In this document: positions 28,565-41,780 of the stretch, piece by piece
How positions within the stretch are numbered: position 1 is the stretch's first letter
How the letters are laid out: each line of letters starts with the position of its first letter
NCBI GenBank assembly: GCA_963693365.1
Contig: CAVNZM010000014.1
Location: forward strand, 4,278,001-4,342,000
Length of the DNA: 64,000 bases
Reading direction: 5' to 3'
Source: Amoebidium appalachense
Taxonomy: Eukaryota; Protista; Ichthyosporea
The notes under the pieces: generated by a model
What the model was told of the DNA's origin: nothing
What the model saw: the letters and a program-made list of their open reading frames with translations, nothing else
The model's database searches: none
Translations under genes and position numbers: made by a program

Positions 28565-29547
28565 ATGCTGCAGCATCTTCGCCTAACGGCTGAAAGGCCG
28601 TTTGAAGGTTAGTTTTGTGTTGCCTGCTTTTGTGCATATGGCGTTTGTCTGTCTGGTCTGTGTCCGTGCCTGTGATTATATCTGTGTCTGTGTCTGTGTC
28701 TGTGTGCGTGTGTGTGTATGTGTGTGTATGTGCGTGCGTGTGCGTGTGTTCTGCTGGCTGCAGATGCACGTTGCCTTTTCACGTTCATGAACCAGCGACT
28801 GTGGGCACTACTTTTGCTGTTAGCACTATAGCTATCATCCCCTCCACCAGTCGTTCAAGCTATTTTCTGCTTCTCTAGACTTCATAAGTTTGTGCTTTTG
28901 TCTTTTAGCACAACGTGTTTCACATGTTAGCATTTAGTGTTATTCATTCATTCTAACCCCCCCCCCCCCCCCCCCAAACACACACACACTCACTCACTCA
29001 CTTCCCCACCCACACATACAAAAAAACACACACACACCAAAAGCCCCTCCCATCCCCCCCCCTCCTCCCCCCCCCCCCTCCCCCCTCCCCCCCCCTCCCT
29101 TCCAAAAACCTGTCAAATGCCTCCATGCCCACCAACACAGATGTTCAGGTTGCCCCTGTCAATGCCGCCGACCCCGACAAGTTGGCAGACCAGGTTAGGT
29201 ACCGCAAGAAGACGTGGGAGGGGTGGTTGGTGGAGGTTCAAGTTGAGTGCAACAACCATCCCTGTGGCCGCATGTACAGCGTCGATCCGGTGAGGGGCAA
29301 CCCATGGGCCAACCCCGCCCTTCACCGCATCATGTGCATGTCCCCCATCAACGGCTCCTACATCAAGAACCGCCTCAGCAGCTTCAAGACACTAAACGTT
29401 TGTGCCCATTACCCCCCCCCCCCACACACACACACACACACCACACCCCAATCAAAGACGAAATCTTCTCATGCTGCTTTTTTTAACATGCTTATTCATG
29501 TGTAATGTTGTTGTTCTTCCTTATTGAGTCATTCTTAATGCACTGTG

Positions 29548-29594
<47 letters not shown>

Positions 29595-31053
29595 CCACTC
29601 CCTCCCTCCCACTCCCTCCCTTCCACCTCCCCCTGTTGTCCCACGTACGAATCACCAACACATAACCACACAAGACATCAAATCCTTATCACTCAGAGAA
29701 ACGGTACATGCATGGTTATCCAGTATCCATTCAGCTTCCCACTTCCTCAAGTCATTTCAGATTTTTCATTGTCGAATTCGGTTTTATTTGCTGCTAATGG
29801 AGAATACCCCCTTTCCTCATCACCACATACACACATGCTTAAGTGTACGTACACGCAACACACACACCAACACCCACACAGGAGTTTCAAAAGGCGTTGC
29901 CCGAGCTCTTCAGCTTCATGCTCCACACATTTGAGTGCGGACTGCGGGATCCAATGGCCCACAAGTCTGCCACTCAGATTTCGTGGTCAGCTGTGAAGTA
30001 TGGAGCTGACATGCCTGACTACGAGGGTGGTGCTCGGCCATCAGAGATCAGCAAGATAAACAACTACCCCCCCCCCCCCCTGGGTCCTCCCTGAGGATGG
30101 GCTCTGCTTATGACGCATACTGTGCACATGGCTGATGTTGCATACTTGAATGTTTGCCTTTGCATGTGTCCTGCACCATGCTTCTCATCGTGTATGCGTA
30201 TTTTGTACCGTGTTCTGCATTCAACCCCCCCCCCCCCCCCCCCCATCATTGCCAGTGTGTTTTAGCTCCCGTCCGAAAGACAACGTATGGATATCGAAAT
30301 GATGATATTGATAAGTCGTATGTATGGGTTACGTATCATCATAGTGTTTTAAGGATATCTCCTAAGCATGGGCAAGTATCATCCTATCATGTCATCTTTA
30401 GGTTTGGTATGGTAACATTGTGATAGCATTTTTCCCAGGTACATACATGCTCAGGCTAGCCAGAATAGTTAAAAACACTCACACAATCTCCTTCTGTCCC
30501 AACCCAGTATGCAAAGACCTGGGAAAAGATCTGCAAGGCCCGGGAGAAGCCAGTCCTCAGCCTGTCAGCTGATGAGCAAGACGAGAAGGGAGACGACAAG
30601 TCCTCCACGAAGCAGTCCACGGCAAAAGACGACACCGGCGAGGTTTCTGATGACACTGGCATGGCGGCTGACGAGATGGAGAACTCTGGCTCCAAGAAGC
30701 GGCCCAAGTCAGACGACGACTTGTCGGATGCCAGTGCCGGGCGCCCCATGAAGAAGGGTAAAAAGGCCAAGGGCGTGGCGTCACAGGGTGGTGATGTGCG
30801 TGGGTCACCTGTGTCTCGTGATAGAGCGGGTGGTTCTGATGAGCAGGAGGGTGTTGCGCAAGCGGGGGGGGATGACAAGTATTTGGAGGAGTTGGCCAAG
30901 ATTAGGGGAGGTAAAGAGGTGGTGGATGGCGATGTTAGTAGTGGCGGGGGAAAACGTGCGAGGGAAGTGAGTGATGAGAGTGGGGATGAAAAGGGTGAAG
31001 GTGGGGTTAAAAAGCAGAAAGGCGATGTGGGTGGGAGGGTTGAGGATGATTAG
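28565..31053 (+). CDS. Uncharacterised spliced gene carried by the TIR element (acidic/basic C-terminal tail)
   Basis: Phase-compatible exons 28565-28607, 28879-28887, 29141-29397, 29882-~30083 and 30508-31053 (VRYRKKTWEGWLVEVQVECNNHPCGRMYS...EFQKALPELFSFMLHTFECGLRDP...YAKTWEKICKARE...KKRPK). The exon 4 donor needs a 1-nt indel in a poly-C run. No family recognised. Confidence 0.5.
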
Positions 31054-32429
31054 AATGAGGAGGAATAGGGAAAGACCCCCCCCCCCCCCCCCCCCCCCCC
31101 CCCGGAGAAAAAAAAAGAAAAGAATTAATACTTAGTTTATGTCTCTTTTGGTGTAGTCCCCGCCTCTGCAGGGGGGAAATAGGGGGGAGATGTAGACTTC
31201 GTATTTTATTTGTGTGATGATGTTTGTTTTGTTTTGTTTGTTTGTTTGTTTGTTGGTTTGTTTCGTTTGTTCGGTGAAGGCTGGACTCCTGTGGAGTCTA
31301 ACAGAGTGAAATGGTCTCTACTCCTGTGGAGTGAGACTTAGAAATTTTTTAACATGAACAACTTGTGCGGTCTCTGCTCCAGTGGAGCGAGACACAAAGG
31401 AACAACGGTCTTTATGGTATCTCGTGTACAAATTGTGAAATAAGTTAGAAAGGTAAGAAGGAAGGGGGGGGGGAGGGGGGGGGGGGGGGGGGGCACAACG
31501 GTGGTGGTTACATTTCGTATTATGATATTACGACAGCTCGTAATTGTATATTACGATATTCCGTAATATTGTATTTAGTTAGTCATGGTATACTCGTAAC
31601 ATATTATTTGGCTATGCATAGGATATCTTATGGATGGGCAAAGAGCTGTCGTAATGATGACATTGTATACACGACATGCTATGTATATACATACGTGTGG
31701 TGTACGGGCTCTTATGGAAATGTCTACGACGGTATTATGGGGGTCGTAATGTACCCCAAGACCAGTCATATGTATATCATATGTATATGGTTGGTAATTC
31801 GTAAAATACATCGATGTATATCATATGTCATGGGTTACGATGGTATTAAGCCGCTCCTAAACATATACTTAAGATATCCAACGGGATGGGTTGGATACTC
31901 GGATGGTGAAGGTTACGATGGGTTTCCGCTGCCCGTAATGGCATACATAGTATATCCATTGGGTAGGTTTCTGACTTTGAAATGGGGGGGTTTGTGTCCG
32001 TATTATGGCGAACTATTGAGACCGCTCGTAACGCTCTCGTATGTATGTTCTATGTATAGTCTAATGTATATACATTGTATATCCATATGGATATACATAG
32101 GTTATACATTGGATATACATAGAATATTCTATGTATAGTGCAATGTATATACATCGGATATCCTATGTATAGTGCAATGTACTATACATCGGATATACAT
32201 ATGACATACGCTTTACGACATCCATAAACCCTATGGATGTCGTAAAGCGTATATCCAATGTATATACATAAGACGCTCCGTGTACCCCATGGAACTCTTT
32301 ACACTATCGTAAAGACGTCGTGCAACCACTCCATATGAACTCGCGGTGTGCTTTACGATGGGTGACAGGTTTACGCCATCGGAGATGGCATTACGAGGGG
32401 TATACGATCCCCGGTGGAGATTGCTGATG

Positions 32430-32468
32430 TAGTAGTGGCTTTTGCCGTAAGTCAGCACTTTTCTTGCA
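32430..32468 (+). repeat. 3' end remnant of the copia LTR
   Basis: TAGTAGTGGCTTTTGCCGTAAGTCAGCACTTTTCTTGCA matches 15402-15440 with one mismatch. Confidence 0.85.
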
Positions 32469-32482
32469 GCAACACAAACACA

Positions 32483-32526
<44 letters not shown>

Positions 32527-33999
32527 GTACATTCGCACCATGTAAAATTCATATGAATCACACACACCTGCACACTGACACATGGATTTCCGTAGTAGTA
32601 ACGGCACAGGCTGTGGCACGGTAATATTTAACTTTAATAACTTAAAAGAATTGAGTGTAGGAGGGGAGCTCTGCTCACCAACCAGGGCAAACTGGCACGT
32701 GTTGGCCTTACTATGATCTCACTGACCTGAGCCCACACGGAGCCCCACTGGTGTGCCTGACCGGAACAAAGTTGCCCGCCTGCCAAGTGAAGCACACGAT
32801 ACATAGCCGTGGCCATGTACCCTGCCGGTGAGTGACGCGCAGCACTAGTATGTGTGGGCACGACATAGGGTGGCACAATCATGCCACTTCCCGATCTGGC
32901 TCCTATTAACTTAAGTTCTTGGTTCAGTTCCCTGCTCGCTTAAAGCTTCAACAGACCGGTTGCCAGGCTGGCCAATCGTCAACCTGACAGCCCCTGATAG
33001 TGCCTCGAGCAGTGTACGGCCAGTCACAGACGCTGGCTGCGAGGGCATGCTCAGAGGACGTGGTGACACCTTGGACCCGAGTCACCCAGTGGTAAGTTAG
33101 ATAGCCAAGTTGATCGCCAGTTGGTTGTTCAACCTGTGACATTACGGGTACCATTCTACCAGTATATCAGATGTGACAGGTCGCTTGGTTCAAAACCAGC
33201 CTGAGGGCTGTCTCGTAAATCAGTGGTCGAAGTTCAATCGTCGAGGCCGCTTAGATCAACAATTTACCTTGGCAGCTCTTGAGAATCAAGCTTTATTGCT
33301 AACAAAAAGCCTTCTGGGGTCAAGCATACGTAAAAGCTGAAAATGCACATATTTTTTTATGTGCACTAAATACTACACTAACTCTCTAATCATTTTAAGT
33401 TTAATAAGCTAATATTACCCCTGTTAATCGGTCAGTTTTCTATTTCAGGGCAGCCAAAAATGCTCGTGACAGAAGACTGCCGTATCATACCACCGGTGTG
33501 CCAGTGATGTCAATTTGCTGGGTAGCTCAATCATTTTCATTGTTCCTCTTTAAAAAATAAGGTCACATCAAAGTCTCTGGTCACCCACACATAATCATGT
33601 TCACACAATAACATATAATCTCCATCTGCCTGGTAGTCTCCCTCCACAAAAGAAAACAGGCCCGTACCAAACTACAACGTGGTACTCCCTTTTTGTGGCT
33701 ACCGAACATCAGCAACCACTGGCCACCAGGTGACCCTACCACTGCAGAGTGGTGCATCTCCCGGCCTTTCTGATACCGTGCACCCGCTGGAAGGCTTAAG
33801 GCATGGGGCAGTGCCACCTGGCAGGCAGACACCATGGTCCTTCAGCCCCCCTCATGATTACATGTCCTCTGCATGCTCCCCCTCCGGCCTGCTGGGCCCT
33901 ATACCTTCCTCCTTGGCTTCCAAAGCGCCCGGCCATTGCCTCCGCAGTTGCACCAGGATAGAGGCCGGTGTCGGGGGGATGGTGTGTGTGTGTTTGTTT

Positions 34000-34042
<43 letters not shown>

Positions 34043-34176
34043 GCAGACACGACCGGATTCGTTGCTCATAGCAGGTCCCTGCCGGTTTGTTGCAAAATAA
34101 CTCAGAGTCTGAACCTTTTTCTGAAACTGTCTTTTTGGGGGGACTTAATGCAGTTCATCTTGCGTACGAAATCTTC

Positions 34177-34255
<79 letters not shown>

Positions 34256-35359
34256 GGATCAGCTCATGCCGAACATACACCTTTCGGCATATCTTTCAGG
34301 CTTTAAACAAAATTGACATCGACAGAACTTGGTTGGTGGACCGACTACCTTCACGTTGCGGGTCAAACTTTACTGAAAGTTAAAGCCTGCATTCTTAACT
34401 ACAGATATATATATATATATACAAATCACAGTAGTCAGGGGGTCTTTGCATACATTCGATTGATACATTCGAGATCTAGGGGAATCACTGCAGCAAGTAT
34501 GGAGCCTCTTAAACGTATGCCCTAATACTTACAGGCGCAGATGCAACAATCACATTCTTGCAGCAGGATCATCAAAACACTCAGTACAGCTCACCCTGTA
34601 ATTTGCATGTTTGTTGTTTAGGTGCAAATGCCACGTGCAGGACATACCCTACAACCACCCATGGCCTTATACCACCAAGTGAACACCTGGACTGCACGGC
34701 CTCAATACGATTGGGCCGAGAGCATGCCATTGGTCACACCATAAGAGCGACCCAGTCAGCACAACAAATACGACACATGACAAAAAATGTCCTTTGCACT
34801 CAGTAGGTCCTGTGGGTCGTAGATGGCTTGCCAACACTCCCCTCCCATGCAGCCGCTGCCCCAGGCCCACCCACACTACCCAATCCTTCATTCACAATTA
34901 GTGGCAGGGACCTGTCGCACCACAAAACGCACATCATGGCGGGACTGTGTGCAGTCCTTTTCATCCACTCATGTGCACTGCTGGGGCCCACATGCCGTCC
35001 ACTGCTTTAGTCCAATGAAAGCCTGCGCGGAAAGCTGTCTGCCGATGCTGCCTTCTGCCAGCGGTTGTGCAAATTAGTCTAGACTTGGTGTGTGGTGCAT
35101 CGTGTGTATTCACGAAGCGCAACAGGCACTTACATTCAAAATAAGGAAGAGGGAGAAAAAGAAGAAACCCCAGAAAAAGAGGTGCGACACAGGTGTGTGT
35201 GCAGTGCAAATAGACACGTGTCAGAATCGAGACTGTGAGGGTGTGGTGCTTGTATATCCTATTCACTGGCATTGGGGGGGGGGGGGGGGGGGGGGAGAGC
35301 AGGCCTGTACATCCGATAGCCACTGGGCGTACCAACCAAGCCACCCCATCGCGTGCATT

Positions 35360-36606
35360 CATGCATCAGGGCTGCCAGTGTGTGTGTGGTCTGACCAGCC
35401 ACTCACCTGTGTTTTTGTGCGTGCCCAGTGGCCTGTGACCAGCCTGCTGCTAGCTATGGGGATGGTCAGGTCCACGGCCCCCTCTCCGCTACCCTCGTGC
35501 AGCAGCTGCAGAGTCAGCCCCCCCCTCCGCCCTCCACCCAGGGGCCCCTCCCCCTGCCCGTCCTGGCCGGGCCCTGCCTCCGCCTGCTGGCCCCGTGTCA
35601 GCCACCGTGTATGTGCGCGCAGCCAAGCAGGTACCCACCTGCGCCTGCAGGTCGGGCATGGACCGTCGGCTGTGGTAGGAGGGCAGCGTGACGGGCGACG
35701 GCGGGCCCGAGGGCGCCTGTGCGGCCGTGAGGGCCTGCAGCAGGGCCGCACCCTCGGGGTCTGCCGAGGGCCGGCGCAGGCTTGCCGCCAGGCTGGCCAG
35801 GGCCAGCTGGGGCACGGTCATGGCCGGGGGCAGGGCCGTGCGGTGGGCCACGTGGTCCACCGGCACGGTCAGGGGGGACATGGTCGAGTGGCTGTGCGCC
35901 AGTGACAGCAGCTGCCCCGCTAGCCCCGGCCCCTCGACCCGCGGCTGTGAGTCCTGCCGGGCCAGCCGCTGAGCGCGACGGCCCCCGGCCTTGGCCAGTG
36001 CCGGCGAGGTGGGGGCACTGGCTGCTGGCACCCGCTGGCTGTCGCTGGCCGCTGCGTGGCTGGGCTGCCGTGACGGGGCCTGCACGAAGGCAAAGGGTTG
36101 GTGGGTGGGCCACTAGGCAGAGGGTGGTTGCAGCAAGGGAGGGGTTAGGGTGCGGTACGCGTGAGGGGGGGGGCCTGGCCAGGTGCTGCAGGGACAGGGT
36201 GTGCACCAGCTCGGGCAGGCCCTTGCTGAACAGCTCCCGCAGCTCGGCCTCCAGCGTGGCCTGCAGCATCTCCTGGATGGCCGGCTGCTCGTCAAACGAC
36301 GTGTTGATCTGTGCCTGCGTCAGCACCAGCACCCAGCAAAGCCCCCCCCCCCCCCCCCCCCCGCCCACCTTAACGGCCAGCAAGGGGTCGTTCCTGAAGC
36401 TCAGCGTGACGCCTCGGTGTGCGTGCATGTCCAGCACTCCGACCCCGTCCAGCCGCAGCCCGCTAATGCGGATCTTAATGGGCACGATCAGTGGCTTGGC
36501 GGCTGCCAGGATGCTGCTGCGCCGCCCAGCCCGGGCCCGTGCCAGTGTGGGTTTGACGGGGTTTGCCTGTGCCTGCAGCCGGCCGTTAGCTCCCGGCCAC
36601 CAGCCT

Positions 36607-36650
<44 letters not shown>

Positions 36651-37019
36651 TTCCCCCCCCCCCCTTAGGACTTTGGGGCGCACCTTAGTGGTCAGCTCGA
36701 GGTAGCCGTCCCCCTCGTAGCGCACTCTGAAGGTGCCCCGCAGCCGCTCCTCCGTGACCTCGCTTATCTCCACTATCTCCAGCTTGGGCGGCTGCCCCCG
36801 CCCCTGTCAGTGCTGCCCCTCCAACCCCCCTCCCCCCCCCCCCCCCCCCCCCCCTCCCCCCCCCGCACGTACGGTGGAGCCGAAGGATATGTCTGTGGCG
36901 ACTATGGTGTCAGCTATGGCCGGGTGGCGCTCGCCAGCGTTGAGGGCGCTGGTCAGCTCGGCCTTGACGGACGCATACAGCTCGGGCGAGAACTCGGGCC
37001 AGTGGAACACAAACGCCAT
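35360..37019 (-). CDS. MDM34: ERMES complex SMP-domain subunit Mdm34 (multi-exon; 3' end approximate)
   Basis: MAFVFHWPEFSPELYASVKAELTSALN...IADTIVATDISFGST / PPKLEIVEISEVTEERLRGTFRVRYEGDGYLELTTK / QANP...LIVPIKIRISGLRLDG...GVTLSFRNDPLLAVK / INTSFD matches the Mdm34 N-terminal SMP pattern. Confidence 0.88.
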
Positions 37020-37356
37020 CCTGAGTACTCGTGTCCCAGTCCGGCCGGGCCCCTGTGCGGTGCCTGGGCTGCTGGCCGGCAAACAGCTCTATGTTAGTGA
37101 GGCAGGCTGGGGCTGACTCAGGGGCTCAACAGGCGGGAGCTTCCCTGCAGCCGATGGCGCAAACGCACCGCTGCAGCGGCGGGCCATTTGAAATCTTGGA
37201 CTGACCAACAAACGGTCACTGCGCACACACGTATTGAATACGCACAGCACACAAGCACGCCCGCCAATATATTAGTACACACAGCACACACACGCGCATA
37301 CAAAACTTACAGACCTTCACCCTAGCAACACCTTGCACGGCTTGAGCAGTGTCACT

Positions 37357-39188
37357 ATGGCGGACGACGGTGTGGACCCCAGCACGCTCAAGGTGGCGCA
37401 GCTCAAGAGCCTGCTGGCCAGCCACGGCTTTGAGGAGGAGGTCTTTGCCTCCGACCAGAAAAAGGTATGCCCTCACCCCTCAGGCCGCTAGGTGGGTGCT
37501 GACGGGGCTGCAGGCGACCCTTGTGGAGCTCTACACGCGGCTGGTGCTGCCCATCAGGGGCCAGCAGAACGGTAGGCACGGCCTGGCCTGGTCAGAACCA
37601 GGTGGAGGCTGACGGGGCTGGGGCGCAGTGGCACCGGCCAGGGCCACGCACTCGGCACAGAAGCGGGCCGGCATAGAGCACCAGTATCCCACGCCCAAGG
37701 CAGACAGGGAGAGGCAGAAGGAGGTTGTTGCCTGGCCCCTGCTTGGGCGCCTTGTTTCCTGGGTGCTGACGTGGGCTGCAGGACCGCACCAGCGAGACAC
37801 CCCGCCTGCGCAGCACACGGTCCAGAACCCCCAGCGTGGCCCATCCAGACTCCGTGCCCGTAAGCTGCCTTGGGGCCTTGGAGGGGTCACCCAGGGCCAG
37901 TGTCTGACGGGGGCACACCAGGCGGCCAGCACGGCCGGGGGCAGCAGCACATCGGGGGGTGCGGTGCTGAGCAGCCACAACGTCTTCCAGGCCCCCCTGT
38001 CACAGCGCCCAGCACAGGGCCGGCCGGCAAGGAGCATGTCCCGTGCAGCCACACCAGCACGCTACGACAGGGTGCGTGGCTGGAGGGGGGGAGGGAGGGG
38101 GGTAGTGCAGGCGACACAAGGGTATGGGGGCAGGCCCGGGCTGATGGTTGGGGCTGCAGAGTGCTAGCGAGGTGGCCGAGGACGCAGCAGAAGCCCCAGC
38201 AGGTGGCCGGCCCGTGGGCTGGGCCTGGCCCGTGACTGCAGCCCTGCTGGGGCTGCTGCTGGCCCTGGCTGCTGCCTGGGCCGCAGACCCATGCGGTGGG
38301 TTCTGACTCTAGCCGTGGCTGGCCACACCCAATGGCCCTGCTGACGGCCCAGCCAGCCCTGCTGCAGGGCCGACCGCTGGAGCACGGGCAGTGCGGCAAG
38401 GGGGGGCTGGTGTGTGAGGCAGGCTACCAGCGGGGCTGGCTGCCAACGGCGCCCTGTGTGGCCGACCCCCGCTATGTGGATGCGGGCCAGTGGAGGGCCC
38501 TGCTGGTGGCTGAGGCTGCACAGGAGGCAATGCATGTGGCGGCAAGGCTAAAAGGTGTGTGCGGCGGGGAGGAGGAGGAGGAGGGAGAGGGGGGGGGGGG
38601 GAGGGATGGGGGGGGCTGAGGGCCTCCTTTTGCAGGGCTGCAGGAGTGCAAGCAGGGCACGGGGTGTGTGGAGGTGCCCGAGCTGCAGGCCCAGCTGCTG
38701 CACCCCCTGCTGCTGCGCCTGCACCCAGCCACGGTGGTGGCCCCGAGGGGGAGGGGGGGAGAGGATAGGTTGCAGTTGCTGACTGGAGGCCAGGCCGACA
38801 AGGAGCTGGTGTGGGACGAGCTGCTTGAGAGGGCAAGAAAGGACCACCCGGGACTGCTGCAGGAGGACGGCACAGCCCTGTACGTGCCTGGCCGGCCCTC
38901 TGGCTGCCGTAACTGGCACTGACGCACACGTGCAGGTGTGCGGGGGCAGTGCAGGGCAAGCAGCCCCTGGGCTGCTGGGCCGGCAAGCAGCTGAGGGAGG
39001 TGGTGGCCAGGGCAGCACGCAGCATGCAGGCTGCAGTGGGCCTCAGTGTGGGTGGGTGCGCCTGGGGGAGGGAGGGTGTTTGTGCTGTGAATGGGGTGCT
39101 GACGGGGGGGTGTAGTGCTGGTGGCTGCATACAGCATCTACAGCGTGTGGGCCGCATACTGTAAAAGTGGGTGGCCTGGAAGGGCGGG

Positions 39189-39225
<37 letters not shown>

Positions 39226-39721
39226 GGATGTCAGCTGAGGGCTGTTGGTGTGGGGGGCAGGACGAGAGCAGCAGCAGCAGGCGGAAGACAAGTATGTGCG
39301 GGACACAGTGAGGGACATAATGGACCGCCTGGCTGTCGAGGTGCGCGGGGGGAGGGGAGGGGGCGAGGGTGGGGGGGGAAGGTTGACGGTGGTTGGACAG
39401 GACCGTTTGGTGATAGCGCAGGAGAAGGAGCGGGTGCTGCCCATCACCATGGTCCGGGCAGAGCGCACCCTGGGCCTGCGCCTGTGGCCCCAGGTAGTCA
39501 GCTCCCCCCCTTTTTCCAGGTACGGGTGTGGTGGTGCTGACTTTGTGCAGGTGGAGGAGCTGCTGCGCAGCACAGCACAGGTGCGGGTCAGGAACGACTA
39601 TGTGGACGGCCACGAGGTCAAGGTCTGGCGCTGGGCGGGGCCTAAGCCTGCAGTGCAGCCACGGCACGAGGTGGCAACAGAGCAGGAGCAGGCCACAGCA
39701 ACCCTGTACCCGACCTGGTAG
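37357..39721 (+). CDS. Inner nuclear membrane LEM/HeH + MSC domain protein (Src1/Heh/Man1 family), multi-exon
   Basis: N-terminal DPSTLKVAQLKSLLASHG...KK/ATLVELY (HeH/LEM). TM segment WAWPVTAALLGLLLALAAAW, luminal GQC...CEAGY...CVAD, second TM, C-terminal LWPQVEELLRSTAQVR...VDGHEVKVWRW. Confidence 0.8.
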
Positions 39722-40813
39722 AGGGGGTGGGTGCTGGCCTGGCCCTCACAACCATGGTGTGCTGCCGAAGGGTTCTCGTGCATGGCATGGAGTAGTTACA
39801 CAGGTGCTGTCCTAGTGTGTGGGGGGATCAATGCACATGTATTGGCTGCTCCCTCCGGTCAATAGGTCCACACCACAGGTGCCATAAACGATAAACATTT
39901 AGAAGTATGCCCATACAAGTGTCCAGACCGAGGGGCAGCCCCCTTGTGTACATACTGGTAGCTCGTCTGAAACACACGTTGGCAGCAAGACAGACATGCA
40001 CGAACTAATCTTCCCCTTGAACATGTCAGCATGTTGCGCAAGGCAGGCCTTTGTGCAATGTCTATAATAGAATACAGACATGTGGTTGGTGCAGATACCT
40101 AAGGAAATGATTGCAGCCTATAAAACCAGATATGCAGTATAACCTACAAAAAGGTCGCTCGGGTCAAGAGCCCCAGACCGCGCGGGATAGGGGGAGGGAA
40201 GGGGGGTTGCAGGTATGCGTGAGCAAAAAGCAAAGGTTAGCGGTTATGAATGACTGTGAGGTGTTGAAAAGGTAAGTCGGTGATGGAGTGAGATGCAGGG
40301 TTTGGTGAAGTGGAAGGGTGTGTGTGCAATGGGCAGTATAGGCTGTGGCCGTGAGAAGGGAAGTGTAACACACCGGTGCCAACACAACTAGGGCACGTGC
40401 ACCATGGGTGACAGGCATCAGCGCCTATGATATGAGGGGTAGCGGGACATACCCCGCCAAAGCAGTGGCTATTGTGCTATCTGGGCACTAGTGCTGCCAA
40501 CCATGCTCACAGCTACTGGCTGCAGAGTGCACGAGTATTTCTGCCTTTGCTGCTGCGTGTGCACACACTTCAACAACGTACAGCCTCCTGCAGAGAGAGG
40601 CCTGCCGAGGATTACGTAACCTGTGTAGGGTGACGTCACACGGCCATGACCGCCACATGCCCCTCGCAAGTCTGATGTCTGCCGCACACAGCCAACAGTT
40701 TTCAGTCTTTGAAAGGCACAACCTCAGGCAAAAAGTCAAGGCACTCGCAGTGTGTAGACACGCACACGTACCGTATCGCGCACACACGCACACGCACACG
40801 CAACGCCGGCCAT

Positions 40814-41141
40814 ATGCAGGCGCTGCGCCGCTGCCAGCCTGCGGCCTGCACACTGGCCCGCAGGCTGGCCACCAGGCAACCAGTCAGGGCCGTGGCCAGG
40901 CCGGGCTATGGTGCCTGCCTGCCCGTGCGGCCTGTGGCTGCGGTAAGAGGCGGGGACGAAGGGGGGGAGTGGCTGCGGGGGCAGGGACTGACTGTGTGCT
41001 GCAGACACTGGGCAGCTGGAGGGGCACACACAGCAAGGCCGAGGCACAGCCAGACGACGCACAGCTGGCCAGCAGCCTGGCAAAGGCTCTGGGCTTCTAC
41101 TCGGAGGTGTGTGCGTGCGTGCGTATGCGTGTCTGTGTGTT

Positions 41142-41180
<39 letters not shown>

Positions 41181-41749
41181 TTGTGTGTGTGTGGTGTGTG
41201 CGTGTGTGTGTTTGTGTGGTGGTGTGTGCATGTGTGTGTGTGTGTGTGCTTAGTGTGGGAGGGTGCAGCAGCTGACGGGTGTGTGCAGGAGTCTGTGCAT
41301 ATCCGCACGGCCAAGTACCTCTACACACACTGTTACGTGCAGGCACAGAACCCCCAGTGGGCAGAGAGTATGTGCCTCTTGAGGAGAGGGGGGGGGATGA
41401 GGGGGGCCTATGCTGACAGTGTGGTGCAGTTGCGGGGCTGCCGGACACTTTTATGTCGTGGTTCCTGCTGACGCACCTGCACGTGTGGCTGCTACTGTGT
41501 CGGCTGTCGGCGCTGGGCAAGCAGGCCAGTGGGCTGGGCATGGAGGTGCAGAGGGTCTTTTGGGAGGACGTGGAGCACCGTATGCGCCTGGTGGGGGTAT
41601 GTGTGCAGGCACACACACGCACACACACACACACACACATACACACACACAGTGACACACACTAGAATTCACTCACACATAGACACACACACTTGCACTC
41701 ACTCACCCATAGACATACACACCCAAACACACACACACACACACACACA

Positions 41750-41780
<31 letters not shown>

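Larger units (their letters stand above)
26183..32429. mobile_element. Right part of a second, related TIR element
   Basis: Ends ...CCGGTGGAGATTGCTGATG (reverse complement CATCAGCAATCTCCACCGG). It shares the 183-bp array and downstream block (27790-28890 vs 22280-23930) with the first element. Confidence 0.65.

Noticed and set aside
31284-31393. Hairpin triplet as a mini-CRISPR
   Set aside because: Only 2-3 unequal repeats, irregular spacers, eukaryotic transposon context and no cas.
31569-32138. 189-aa Tyr/Ile-rich ORF
   Set aside because: It lies in AT-rich subterminal repeats, has codon usage unlike the real genes, and shows no recognisable motifs.
32600-35300. Possible gene fragments, including a GTAAGT...CAG intron-like stretch near 33091-33161
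   Set aside because: I could not assemble a coherent ORF or recognise a domain.
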